A DNA stretch of 64,000 nt, taken from Phoronis australis (Eukaryota; Animalia; Phoronida). Of this stretch, positions 12,846 to 25,953 are shown in pieces. Positions within the stretch are counted from its first letter, which is position 1. Each line of letters opens with the position of its first letter. The DNA is taken from contig NMRA01000576.1 of assembly GCA_002633005.1 (NCBI GenBank), positions 1-64,000 of the forward strand. The letters run 5' to 3'. The notes under the pieces are model-generated. The model was not told the DNA's origin. It was given only the letters and a program-made list of their open reading frames with translations, and searched no databases. A program made the translations under genes and the position numbers.

Positions 12846-14915
12846 TCTCAGTAAATTCATTTAAGCCCAGGTCTCCGTTTCATGAAAGTTTAAGTCTAAA
12901 AACGTTCCAATGTTGGAATCACGTCATCAGCACTGTTTAACAAGTGGGATGTAACATGTGATAGAATGATACCATTGCTCATCCAGTCCATATAAATTGA
13001 GCCCTGGAATACCAACTTTTGCACGTGACCAATGCATTCTTTTGTTAGAGATTGCGACCATGGGACTAGCCGTTAGAGTTTGCACTGAGAATTTCCAGCT
13101 GCCTGCTCGATTGAGTTTTGATCGAGAGTTGTAGTTTTCGAATCAAGACTAATTTCATTGTTTCATTTATATTTTAACATTTTTGTTCATCAAGCGCGAG
13201 CCTTGAGCTACGGTTCTAGACCACCAGAGATTTTCCATCGAAAATTAGTCAACAAACCAGACATTTACTGATATTACTTGTTTTTTAACGGAAAAACCCG
13301 TGGTCCTGGACAGATACCGGGAATAGTCTGCCTTTTCATTACCACTGGTAGAATCGCTGTCGATAACCTTTCATACTACTTGCCAGTTGTTCCACAAGAC
13401 ATTTTGGATGTTAAATTCATGTTGCAGTATTTTACGGAAAGAAGTTCCATTTGGCCTAAATGAAAAGTTAGCAAGTTGTGACACTTTGAACATTTGCAAC
13501 TGTTTGGGCCTGCACAAAAAGCTTACAGCAGAAAAGCACCACTTCGCTCATAAAATTTACCGGTAGGCAGAGAGAAAATTTTGGGTTTCACGAACTTTAA
13601 CTTTGTGCAGAGCTTGAAACATTTTGTTGTTTACAACGAATATCTTTGGAGCTAAAATGTTCGCCCGACACATCTTACGTTATTGTGACAATTTGGGGTT
13701 TGTGACAGTTTCTGTTTGTACTTTATACTGCAGGTCCAAATTGTCGCATTCCAAATTGTTGTTACGATTTGGGAAAATTCTACAGTTTGAGTATGCAGCT
13801 CTGACCCCAACTGCCATATATTTCAGACATTTGTAACTCTTTGAGCCTGCACAAAGCGTAACAGCAAAAAACACCATTTTGCGCAGAGTTCTTGCAGCAG
13901 CACTGTGGCCCATCAACATTGCCGGTAGGCTGAGTGCATACTTTGAGTTTCATGAATCTTAACTTTGTGTAGAGCTTACAACTTATTTGTGTTTACAAAG
14001 ACAAAAATTTGCAACATCGCCACCTTTCCTTGCTTTCTATTATCTTTCTTCGGTCTTTTTTCATTAGAACTAATACAGTTGGTGGTGATAGCGTGAACCA
14101 GAAAAAACAAGAGACGTCAAACTCCCAAGAGGACCCCTCTATGTCGTAAGTTTATGGTCACATATTCCAAAAAAGCACCATCAAGTGTTTTGCTTAACGT
14201 TCACTTTCTGGAGCTGCTTTCGGTCGAGCGGATTCTTACAAGACAGGTACTGTGTAATGTTTTTATATTGTGAACACTGTATTTGACAAAATTTAGCTCG
14301 GCTTTCCGTAGACAACAGGTCCTCGCAGAAACGCAAAATCACGCTAAAGGGCATTTCAACCGATCTCACGTAGGGCTCACTCGTGAGGCAGATGCTTGCG
14401 TCAACGAAAATGTAAAAAACCATAACCGCAGGCACAAAGGCTCAAGTACATGACTCACGGTATAATAAACAAGAGCAACGCGGAGCGTTGAAATGCGCCC
14501 ACGAATGCATCGCAAATACCGTGCTTTTAGGGTTACTTATTTGTGTCATAAAATGGCACTAGATGGCGCAAAAACATACAATATGTCCGAAAACGGGAAC
14601 ATGTCATTGCTCCTTTAATAGAAAGCATACACCAAATTTCATAGAAATCCGTCTCGGAACTTCAGAGAAATAAAGGAAAACAGAATAAAATGAAACTGCC
14701 ACATGGAAGCACAGTGTTCATTGGATCCGCCTGAAAGTCGTCATTGTCTGTTGATAGCTTCATATGAATACAGTTGCAAAATTCAATAGAAATCCTACAG
14801 TGGGCTTAGGAGATACACCTATGGGCACAAAACAAAACAAAACTACCACTAGGAGGCACCAGAGTAGTCAAAGTCGTCATCATCAACCCGCGTCCTCTTC
14901 ACTTTGAGAACATGT

Positions 14916-17445
14916 AGAGAGAGAGAGAGAAAACGCTTTTATTTACATTAAATTATAATAATACACTGACTAAAATTTGATTTCAATTAGGAGGCCTTCT
15001 AAAGGTTATTGACCGCTAATAAGAAGGTCCCTGTACAAAATAAACAAATGGAAATGCGAAAATCAGTAGGAATACTTAAGGAAACAGTGAATTAGTGCTG
15101 AAAACGACCGACACGCCAGGAACCAAGAATTAAACTGGCACAGCTCAGGAGATTTTGAGAATACAATTGGATACTGTTACATATGAAGCAATTGGAAATA
15201 TGACAAACTGGATCGTAGTTGCTAATAATACAATTGGTTAAGAACCTGGAGAATGCTTGCAAAGAACGCGTTTTTATTATATTTAGAGCAGAGACTGGTA
15301 TTTCGTTGTTGTTTATAAGTCGATGAATCTGAAATCTAATACAGGCTCTTGATGACGATTTGTTGGACGGAGGAATTAAAATTTTGGGTTGTATTGTCGG
15401 TATAGCAGCTGAGTATTGATTCAGGTATGTAGGAGTTTTAATGTGTCTGGTTGGTTTATATTGGATGGGTTTACTAAAGAAGTTGTTAGTGTAAAAATAC
15501 TTAGGAAGCTGATTATTGAGGAATTTGTAGTAAAATTTTGCAGTTGAGATTTTAAAGATGTCTTGAACATGAGGGAGGCGAAGTTCCTTACATATGGGCA
15601 GAGAGTGAGCATTATAACTGGAATTTGATAAATTCCTAAGGATTCTTTTCTGGGCTGTCTGAAGTTTCTTAGTGTTGCCAAAACCCCAAGTTGCAATGCC
15701 ATAGTTTAAATGTGGAAGGACAAGTGAATTATATATCAACTTGAGAGCTGGAAGAGGAAGATAAGATTTCAATTTGTATAAGAGTCCACCGAGATTGTAA
15801 CCAGTATGAAATAGATTTAAGGTTGTTGTTGATGGTGGTTGATTGCTGTAAAGTGTGTTGGGAAGATTCAGTCAGTTTTTAACGTGTGACGAGGCAAGTG
15901 TCGTAAGCATAAAGAAGTGTGTCCATTGGAGAAGAAAACGAAAGATCATTTATGTAAACTAGGAAGAGAAGTGGGCCAAGGACAGAGCCTTGGGGAACTC
16001 CGGTAGATATTGGTAACCAACTGGAAGTTGTATCACTTAGTGAAACATATTGGGTGCGGTTTAAACAGTGTATATTCAACTCCAGTAATATCATAGTGAT
16101 TTATCTTTTGCAAGATTCTATTGTGTCGAAAGCTTTAGAGAGATCTAGAAAGATGACCAGGGGTTTCATGTCATTATCAAGATGGGAACAAATGCGGTCT
16201 AAAAGTTCAAGCGAAGCAAGTTCTGTAGAGTGACATTTCCTGAAACCATATTGATGTTTATTAAGAATATCATTTTCATTTAGGAAAGTTGAAAGTTGAG
16301 TATGGATAATTTTTTCTATAATTTTTGAGATTGTTGGAAGAATAGAAATGGGTGTATAATTGCCCGGGTGTTCTGGGTCCAAACCATGTTTTTTAAAAAC
16401 TGGGATCACCTTAGCAATCTTTAGAGCATCTGGAAATATACCAGTGAGCAAGCACTGGTTGATGATAGTCGTGAGAGGTTCAATTATAAAAGGACTGCTT
16501 ATTTTAATAATTTTAGATGATAAATTGTCATGACCAGTACTATTTTTTGCGTCCATGTCTCTTATAATATCTAGTACTTGTTTATTATTAATTAGTTTGA
16601 AAGAGAACTTAAATTTGTTTGGCGTGGGAAGATAGTCTTTGAAATTCTTGTTTTTTATCATAGTTATTAATTCAGAAATGGATGGGCCGATTTGGGTAAA
16701 CTAGGTGTTGAATAAACTTGCCATTTCGGGTAGGTCACTGGTTTTAGTGTTGTCTGAACGTAAGAGGCATTCTGGGTATCATTTTTTGTTCGAACGCCGT
16801 TGTTCATAACTGTCTTTATTGTATCCCATGTTTTATTTATGTCAGACTTCCCTTTTTCGAATGTGTCATAATAGTAAGATTGCTTGGCGGAATCAATTGT
16901 TTTTCTGAGAATCTTGTTGTATACTTTAAGATTGTTATGGCATGTAGCGTAGGATTGTGTGTTGCGAGGGGTTGTCTTGGTTTGTTTGTACAGTTTATCT
17001 CGGTAACGAATGGAAATTAAAATACCAGGTGTAATCCACGAGTTAAGCGCGTGTTTGTATTTATTATATCTAACATTTTTGGACCAAAGTGTTTTTTCGT
17101 GAGATATGTCAAAGTATCACTGAGTATTGCGTAGTTGTGACTGGGGTCACAATCTAAGCTGCGGTCTAGCTTTTCCATGATATTGCAGTTCCGTAAGCTA
17201 TTGAGAAAGTGAGTTTTTGTTTGCGATGTGTAAGAATATTTTGAGACAAAAGTAGGGCGTTTAGGGTGGATTTTCTTTATCGATTTTGAAGCAATGAAGA
17301 TAGGACAGTGGTCTGAAATCGAAGAGAGAAGAATACCAGAGTGTGTATGTATGTGACCGTATGATGTTGATGTAAAGAAATTATCTATTAAAGTTGCTGA
17401 TGTGGGGCTAAGACGTGTAGGGTATGTCAATTTTCAAAGCCATCC
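14916..17445 (-). mobile_element. 5'-truncated CR1/L2-like LINE nested in the HINE
   Basis: PTRLSPTSATLIDNFF...SDHCP (endonuclease end), NYTPISILP...QYGFR...[44 protein letters not shown]; AATAAA then a (TC)n tail at 14916-14943. Confidence 0.9.
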
Positions 17446-18336
17446 TTAGAATGATTTGGTTGATGGAGAAGTAGACGGCAAAAACAGACTCGAAAACAGG
17501 AAAAATGGCCAATAGGTGGCGCAAAGTACCTTGATTCCATCCGAAAACGAGAGGATAGCGTCATCTCACCAATAGATGCCCGTGTTCAAAATTTCACGAA
17601 AATTTGTTGAGGACCTTTGAAGCCACAGAGGAAAACGCAAAACTAAAATGCCACCAGGGGGCATACCAGTAGTCAAATCCATCCCAAAATCATCGTCGTC
17701 CGTTGTCAACATCATATTAGTACACTTCTTAAATTTAGTAAAGATCCTGCAAACAGTTTAGGAGATACAGCTATAGACGCAAAAAAGAAACTACCACTAG
17801 AAGGCGCCACAATAGTCGAAGTCATCGGAAAATCATCGTCAGACGTCCACCTCATAGTAAAAACATACATGCCAATTTTCATAATTATCCTGAAAGCCGT
17901 TTGGTTCATAGAGGGGTGGACGCCAAAAATCAGACTCGAAAACAGTAAAAATGGCCACTAGTGGCGCAAAATAGTTCGAATCTATCTGAAAACGGAAAGA
18001 TAGCGTCACCTCACTAGCAGAAGCTTCTACACCAAATTTTATGAAATTACGTTGAGGACCTTTGAAGATGCATCCGAAAACGAGAGGATACCGTCGTCTC
18101 ACTAATAGATGCCTGTATACCAAATTTTATGAAAATACTTTGAGGACCTTTGAAGATACAGAGGTAAACGTAAAAAACTAAAATTGCCACTAGGGGGCAC
18201 ACCGGTAGTCGGATCCATCCGAAAGTTCGCTCATGCCGTGCCATCCATGAAAGGAACACGTGCAAAATTTCATAAACATACGTCAATCGGTTTTGGAGAT
18301 AGAGCAGCGGACCCCGGACCCCGAACGGACGCCGCC

Positions 18337-18410
18337 CGGACGGACGGACGGTCGGACAGACGGACGGACGGACGGACGGACGGACGGACGGACGGACGGA
18401 CGGACGGACG
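18337..18410. repeat. (GGAC)n microsatellite
   Basis: Directly visible tetranucleotide run. Confidence 0.95.
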
Positions 18411-18864
18411 CAGATGACGGCATAAAAATGCCTATTGATCGTCAGAGCACGTTGTGCTGCATAACCATGGTCGCCTATTTCACCCACTTGCGGTGGAGGG
18501 TGTCCGTGGTAAAAGTGCCTGTTTGTATCTGTAGTCCTAGTTCCTTGGTAAAAAGTCATTTACATGTACGTGATAAAAGATGTTGTGTGGTAAGGGTGCG
18601 CACCCATAATAGATTGGGTGTCCCCAACCTGGCATTGGAATACAATAAATGCTCAGGAACCCGGTTTCTGCGCTCTTTGTAGGTACATGTACACGATTGA
18701 GTATGGTGACCCTTCGCGTACACTTGGGAACCACTGCGTCTGCAACACCGGGTATATAACCATTTGAAAATATGGTAATTCCATCTTGTAATTAGGAAAA
18801 CGCTGTCTATCTGACAAAACCTTCAATCTTTAGAGCTAATATGTTCGCCCCACACATCTTAGGT

Positions 18865-19097
18865 CAGTGGCAGATGTATGTTTTCAGTAAGTGGGGTTTA
18901 GGATTTCAAGAATCCGAGGCGCGTAACGCCTAGCAGAAGGAACGTTGGGAGGGTGTTTCCCTCCTCCTGTGTCAGATGTTTTTTGTTTTTGGTAAGTGGT
19001 TTCGATTTCCTTGACTCATTTTTTTAATTTTTGATTTTTGATCCTTTCCCGACGGGGAGTTTGAACACCCTGATCCCCCCCTGTAGATCCGCTTCTG
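18865..19097. mobile_element. ~230-bp MITE present in each array monomer (other copies about 21341-21577, 22793-23020, 24266-24487, 25721-25943)
   Basis: TIRs CAGTGGCAGAT(C)TA / TAGATCC(G/A)CxTCTG; flanks TAGGT/TACGT; empty site at 13676-13680. Confidence 0.75.
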
Positions 19098-19429
19098 TAC
19101 GTTATTGTGACTATTTAGGGTTTTGTGACAGTTTCTGTTTCTACTATATACTTCAGGCCCAAAATGTCGATCTTAAAAATCGTTGTTACGATTTGGTAAA
19201 ATCTGACACTTTGAATATGCAGCTTTGACCCCATCTGCCACATGTTTTAAATTGTGACACTTAAGACATGTATAAAATTTTGGGCCTGCACAAAGCTTAA
19301 CAGCAGAAAACACCATGTCACGAAGATTTGTTGCAGCAGCACTGTGGCCCATCAACATTACCGGTAGGCTGGGTGCATACTTTGGTTTCATGAAGCTTAA
19401 CTTTGTGCACAACTTACAACTTATTTATG

Positions 19430-19893
19430 GTAGATGTAAAAAGTCACTTACTTAGAGACGTGGTTGGTTGTTAGCAGACGTTTCGACCTTGTCCTCCAGG
19501 TCTTTGTCGATGAATGAGGGATTTCCCGCCCTTCGCTCGTTAAGAATGCTGGAGTACACGGGGGTAAGTGGAGTCCTCTGTCCCAGTTCAGGAAGGGCGC
19601 TGACTGTTGATGTTTATGGCCTCTTTGAGCTTACGAGTATGCCAATTTTGTTCCTTGGCTAAAATCCTGGATGACCCAAGAGAGATGGTGTGCCCAGTCG
19701 CCAAAATATGTTCCCCACAGCTGTTGGTCTGTCTAGTTTCAGATGTTCTTTGAATCTGGTAAGGAACGGTCTTTTGGTTTCTCCAATGTAGGTGTGGTTG
19801 GGATCCTGGTCACATTTCAGCTGGTATATGACCCCACATTGTTTAGCCATCGGGGTTGGGTCTGACTAGTAGGGAACGGAGGGTGTTGATAGG
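19430..19893 (-). mobile_element. Penelope-like element 3' fragment (GIY-YIG) within the tandem array
   Basis: CGVIYQLKC...TYIGETKRPFLTRFKEHL in ORF 19659-19850; downstream hammerhead-like motif. Confidence 0.85.
19471..19516 (-). ncRNA. Degenerate minimal hammerhead ribozyme motif
   Basis: Minus strand reads TCGACAA-a-GACCT(ggaggaca)AGGTC-GAAA-CG-TC: perfect stem II, GAAA and a GUC cleavage triplet; one core substitution. Confidence 0.6.
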
Positions 19894-22800
19894 TTTCAGT
19901 AAATGGGGTATAGGATTTGCAAGAATCCGAGACGCATATCGGAGGAAACGTCGGGAGAGTGTTTCCCTCCTCCCGTGAAAGATTATTTTTTTGGTTTTTA
20001 GTAGCTGATTGCGTTTTCCTTGCGATATTTTTTTTGATTATTGATCCTGTCCCGAGGGGGGGATTGAATACCCTGACCCCCCGTAGATCCACCTCTCTAC
20101 GTTATTGTGACAATTTAGGGTTTGTGACAGTTTCTGGTTGTACTTTATAATGCAGGTCCAAATTGTCACATTCGAAAATTGTTGGTACGATTTGGGAAAA
20201 TCCTACAGTTTCAGTATGCAGCTCTGAGTCCAACTGCCACATATTTGAAGTTGTGACACTTCAGACATTTGTAATACTTTGAGCCTGCACAAAGCTTAAC
20301 AGCAGAAAACACCATTTTGCACAGAGTGGTTGCAGCAGCACTGCGGCCCATCAACATTACCGGTAGGCTGAGTGCATACTTTGGGTTTCATGAATCTTAA
20401 CTTTATGCAGAGCTTACAACTCATTTTGTGTTTACAAAGAAAATATTCAGAGCATCACAACCTTTCCTTGCTTTCTATATTTTTTCTTTGGTCTTTTTTC
20501 ATTAGAACTAATACAGTTGGTGGTGATAGCGAGAACCAGAAAAAACAAGAGACGTCAAACTCTCAAGAGGACCCCTCGATATCGTAAGTTTATGGTCACA
20601 TATTCCAAAAGAGCACAATCAACAGTTTTGCTTAACGTTCACTTTCCTGAGCTGTTTTCGGTCGAGCAGATTCTTACAAGAAAATACTGTGCAATTTTTT
20701 ATATTATGAACGATATTTGACAAAATTCAGCTCGGCTTTCACTAGACAACGTGTCCTCACAGAAACACAAGATCACGCTAAAGGGCATTTCAACCGATCT
20801 CACGTAGGGCTTACTCGTGAGTCAGATGCTTGCGTCACCGAAAATGTAAAAACCATAACCGCAGGCACACAGGCACAAGTACATGACCCACGGTATAACA
20901 AAAAATGCCTATTGATCGTCAGAGCACGTTGTGCTGCAGAACTATGGTCGCCTATTTCACCCACATGCGCTGGAGGGTGTCCGTGGTAAGAGTGCCTGTG
21001 TGTAGCCGTAGTCCTAGTTCCTTGGTAAAAAGTCATTTACATGTACGTGATAAAAGATGTTGTGTGGTAAGCGTGCGCACCCGTATTAAGAATGTGTATC
21101 CCCAAACTGGCATTGGAATACAATAAATGCTTCGGAACCCGGCTTCTGCGCTCTTTGTAGGTACATGTACACGATTGAGTATGGTGACTTTTCGCGTACA
21201 CTTGGGAACCACTGCGTCTGCAACACCGGGTATATTTCCATTTAAAAATATGGTATTTCCATTTTGTAATTAGGAAAGCGCTGTCTATCTGACAAAACCT
21301 TCAATCTTTAGAGTTAATATCTTCACCCACACATCTTAGGTCAGAGTTCCAGATCTACGTTTTCAGTAAGTGGGGTTTAGGATTTCAAGAATCCGAGGCG
21401 CATAGCGCCGAGCAGAAGGAACGTTGGGAGGGTGTTTTCCTCCTTCTCTGTAAGATGTATTTTTGTGTTTAGTAGCTGGTTTCGTTCTCCATGCCTAATT
21501 TTTTTTAATTTTTAGTTTTTGATCCTTTCCCGACCGGGGCATTGAACACCCTGATCCACCCTGTAGATAGGTCTCGGTACGTTATTGTGACAGTTTAGGG
21601 TTTTGTGACAGTTTCTGTTTCTACAGGAGCAAAATGTCGCTCTCAAAAATCGTTGTTACAATTTGGTAAAATTCTGAAACTTTGAATATGCAGCTCTAAC
21701 CCCAACTGCCACATGTTTGAAGTTGTGACATTTTAGACATGTATAAAACTTTGGGCCTGGACAAAGCTTAACAGCAGAAAACACCATTTCACGAAGATTT
21801 GTTGCAGCAGCACTGTCGCCCATCAACATTACCGGTAGGCTGGGTGCATACTTTGGGTTTCATGAAGCTTAACTTTGTGCACAACTTAAAATTTACTTAT
21901 GTTTACAATGAAAATATTTAGAACATCACCAACTTTAATTGCTCACTGTGTTCGTTTTACCTTAGAAATCCAACAAGTGGCGATGGTAGGGCCAGCCGGA
22001 AAAAGCAAGAGACGTCAAACTCCCAAGAGGACCCCTCTATGTCGTAAGTTTATGGTCAATTAATCCAAACAAGCACAATTAACAGTTTCGCTTTCTGGGA
22101 CTGTGTTTGGGCGAGCGGATACTTAAAAGACAGATTCTGTGCAATTTTTTGTATATTGTGAGCACTGTATTTGACAAAATATAGCTCGGCTTTCCATAGA
22201 CACCAAGTCCTCACGGAAACGAAGATTGCGCTTAAAGACATTTCAAGCGATTACACTTAAGGTTTGCTGATGAGCCAGATGCTTTTGTCAACGGAAATGT
22301 AACAAAACTATACCCGCAGGCACACAGGCGCAAGTACATGACCCACGGTCTAATAAAGTAGTGCCTATTGATCGTCAGAGCACGTTGTGCTGCAGAACTA
22401 TGGTCGCGTATTTCACCCACTTGCGTTGCAGGGTGTACACGGTAAGAGTGCCTGTCTGTTTCTGTAGTCCTAGTTCCTTCGTAAAAAGTTATTTACATGC
22501 ACGTGATAGGACATGTTGTGTGGTAAGTGTGCGCTACCATATTAAGAATGGGTAACTCGAACCTGTCACTGGAATGTAAAAATGCTCCGGAACCCGGCTT
22601 CAGCGCTCTTTGTAGGTACACGCTTGAATATTTTGACCATTCGCGTGTACTTTGGAATCACTGCCACTGCAACATCGGGTATATAACAATTTAAAAATGT
22701 AATATTTCCATCATGTAATTAGGAAAGCGCAGGATATCTGACAAAAACCTTCAATCTTTAGAGCTAATATGTTCGCCTTACGAATATTTAGTCAGAGGCA

Positions 22801-25800
22801 GATCTATGTTTTCAGTAAGTGGAGTTTAGGATTCGCATGAATCCGAGGCGCATATCGCCGAGCGGAGGAAACGTCGGGAGAGTGTTTCCCTCCTCCCGTG
22901 AAAGATTATTTTTTTGGTTTTTGGTAGCTGATTGCGTTTTCCTTGCGACATTTTTTTTGATTATCGATCCTGTCCCGAGGTTGGGGGTGAATACCCTGAC
23001 CCCCCGTAGATCCACCTCTCTACGTTATTGTGACAATTTAGGGTTTGTGACAGTTTTTGGTTGTACTTTATAATGCAGGTCCAAATTGTCACATTCGAAA
23101 ATTGTTGGTACGATTTGGGAAAATCCTACAGTTTGAGTATGCAGCTCTGAGTCCAACTGCCACATATTTGAAGTTGTGACACTTCAGACATTTGTAACCC
23201 TTTGAGCCTGCACAAAGCTTAACAGCAGAAAACACCATTTTGCGCAGCGTGGTTGCAGCAGCACTGCGGCCCATCAACATTACCGGTAGGCTGAGTGCAT
23301 ACTTTGGGTTTCATGAATCTTAACTTTATGCAGAGCTTACAACTCATTTGTGTTTACAAAGAAAATATTCAGAGCATCACCACCTTTCCTTGCTTTCTAT
23401 ATTTTTTCTTTGGTCTTTTTTCCTTAGAACTAATACAGCTGGTGGTGGTAGCGAGAACCAGAAAAAACAAGAGACGTCAAACTCCCAAGAGGACACCTCG
23501 ATGTCGTAAGTTTATGGTCACATATTCCAAAAGAGCACAATCAAGAGTTTTGGTTAACGTTCACTTTCCTGAGCTGTTTTCGGTCGAGCAGATTCTTACA
23601 AGACAGATACTGTGCAATGTTTTTATATTATGAACGCTATTTGACAAAATCTAACACAGCTTTCCATAGACATGGTGTCCTCACAGAAACACAAGATCAC
23701 GCTAAAGGGCATTTCAACCGATCTCACGTAGGGCTTACTCGTGAGCCAGATGCTTGCGTCAACGAAAATGTAAAAAAACATAACCGCAGGCACACAGGCA
23801 CAAGTACATGAACCACGGTATAATAAAAAATGCCTATTGATCGTCAGAGCACGTTGTGCTGCAGAACTATGGTCCCCTATTTCACCCACATGCGCTGGAG
23901 GGTGTCCGTGGTAAGAGTGCCTGTGTATAGCTGTAGTCCTAGTTCCTTGGTAAGAAGTCATTTACATGTACGTGGTAAAAGATGTTGTGTGGTAAGCGTT
24001 CGCACCCGCATTAAGAATGTGTATCCCCAAACTGGCATTGGAATACAATAAATGCTGCGGAACCCGGCTTCTGCGCTCTTTGTAGGTACATGTGCACGAT
24101 TGAGTATGATGACCCTTCGCGTACACTTGTTAACCACTGCGTCGGCAACACCGGGTATATAACTATTTAAAAATATGGTATTTCCACCTTGTAATAAGGA
24201 AAGCGCTGTCTATCTGACAAAACCTTCAATCTTTAGAGTTAATGTGTTCACCCAAACATCTTAGGCCAGAGTGGCAGATCTACGTTTTCAGTAAGTGGGG
24301 TTTAGGATTTCAAGAATCTTAGGCGCGTAGCGCCGAGCAGAAGGAACGTTGGGAGGGTGTTTCCCTCCTCCCGTGTGTTTAGTAGCTGGTTTCGTTTTCC
24401 TTGCCTAAATTATTTTAATTTTTAGTTTTTGATCCTTTCCCGACGGGGAGTTTGAACACCCTGATCCACCCTGTAGATCCGCCTCGGTACGTTATTGTGA
24501 CAATTTTGGGTTTTGTGACAGTTTCTGTTTCTACTATATACTTCAGGCCCAAAATGTCGCTCTCAAAAATCGTTGTTACAATTTGGTAAAATTCTGAAAC
24601 TTTGAATATGCAGCTCTGACCCCAACTGCCACATGTTTGAAGTTGTGACATTTTAGACATGTGTAAAACTTTGGGCCTGGACAAAGCTTAACGGCAGAAA
24701 ACACCATTTCACGAAGATTTGCTGCAGCAGCACTGTGGCCCATCAACATTACCGGTAGGCTGGGTGCATACTTTGGTTTCATGAAGCTTAACTTTGTGCA
24801 CAACTTACAATTTATTTATGTTAACAAAGAAAATATTTAGAGCATCACCAATTTTAATTGCTCACTTTCTTCTTTCGTTGCTTCGTTTTACCTTAGAAAT
24901 GCAACAAGTGTCGATGGTAGGGCCAGCCGGAAAAAGCAAGAGACGTCAAACTCCCAAGAGGACCCCTCTATGTCGTAAGTTTATGGTCAATTAATCCAAA
25001 CAAGCACAATTAACAGTTTCGCTTTCTGGGACTGTGTTTGGGCGAGCGGATACTTACAAGACAGATACTGTGCAATTTTTTGTATATTGTGAACACTGTA
25101 TTTGACAAAGTATAGCTCGGCTTTCCATAGACACCATGTCCTCACGGAAACGAAGATTGCGCTTAAAGACATTTCAAGCGATCACACATAGGCTTTGCTG
25201 GTGAGCCAGATGCTTTTGTCAACGGAAATGTAACAAAACTAGAACCGCAGACACACAGGCACAGGTACATGACCCACGGTCTAATAAAGTAGTGCCTATT
25301 GATCGTCAGAGCACGTTGTGCTGCAGAACTATGGTCGCGTATTTCACCCACTTGCGTTGCAGGGTGTACACGGTAAGAGTGCCTGTCTGTATCTGTAGTC
25401 CTAGTTCCTTCGTAAAAAGTCATTTACATGCACGTGATAAGACATGTTGTTTGGTAAGGGTGCGCGCTCATTTTAAGAATGGGTATCCCAAGCTGTCATT
25501 GGAATGCAAAAATGCTCCGGAACCCGGCTTCAGTGGTCATTGTAGGTACACGCTTGAATATTGTGACCCTTCGCGTATTCTTTGGAACCACTGCCACTGC
25601 AACACCGGGTATATAACAATTTAAATATATAATATTGCCATTATGTAATTAGGATACCGCAGGCTGTCTGACAAAACCTTTAATCTTTAGAGCTAATATG
25701 TTCGCCTGACGAATCGTTAGTCAGTGGCAGATCTATGTTTTCAGTAAGTGGAGTTTAGGATTCGCAAGAATCCGAGGCGCGTATCGCCGAGCAGAGGGAA

Positions 25801-25953
25801 CCTCGGGAGGGTATTTCCCTCCTCCCGTAAATTTTTTTTTGGTTTTTAGTAGCTGATTTCGTTTTCCTTGCGACAATTTTTTTGATTTTTGTTGTTGTCC
25901 TGAGGGGGGTGAACACCCTGGACCCCCCGTAGATCCACCTCTGTACGTTATTG

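Larger units (their letters stand above)
14469..18425 (-). mobile_element. Non-autonomous Helentron-associated (HINE/DINE-1-like) element inserted in the tandem array
   Basis: AACAAGAG end with hairpin CAACGC-gga-GCGTTG; internal tandem cores (GCCACTAGxxGGCGC); (GGAC)n microsatellite at 18337-18410; inserted in an A-run that is intact in sister units (about 20890-20910 and 23815-23835). Confidence 0.75.
13480..25953. repeat. Large tandem repeat array, ~1.46-kb monomer, alternating A/B variants (~2.93-kb higher-order unit), interrupted by nested TEs
   Basis: Marker TGCCTATTGATCGTCAGAGCACG near 18429, 20905, 22361, 23830, 25292 (spacings about 2476, 1456, 1469, 1462); the same sequence occurs at 13680-14468. 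Confidence 0.95.

Noticed and set aside
18047-18682. ORFs with RPSV/DGRT repeats
   Set aside because: Translations of the (GGAC)n microsatellite
20372-25624. Recurrent short ORFs (MPIDRQSTLCC..., MCTKLSFMKP...) as a gene family
   Set aside because: They recur only because the DNA is tandemly repeated; frames and stops are not conserved between copies
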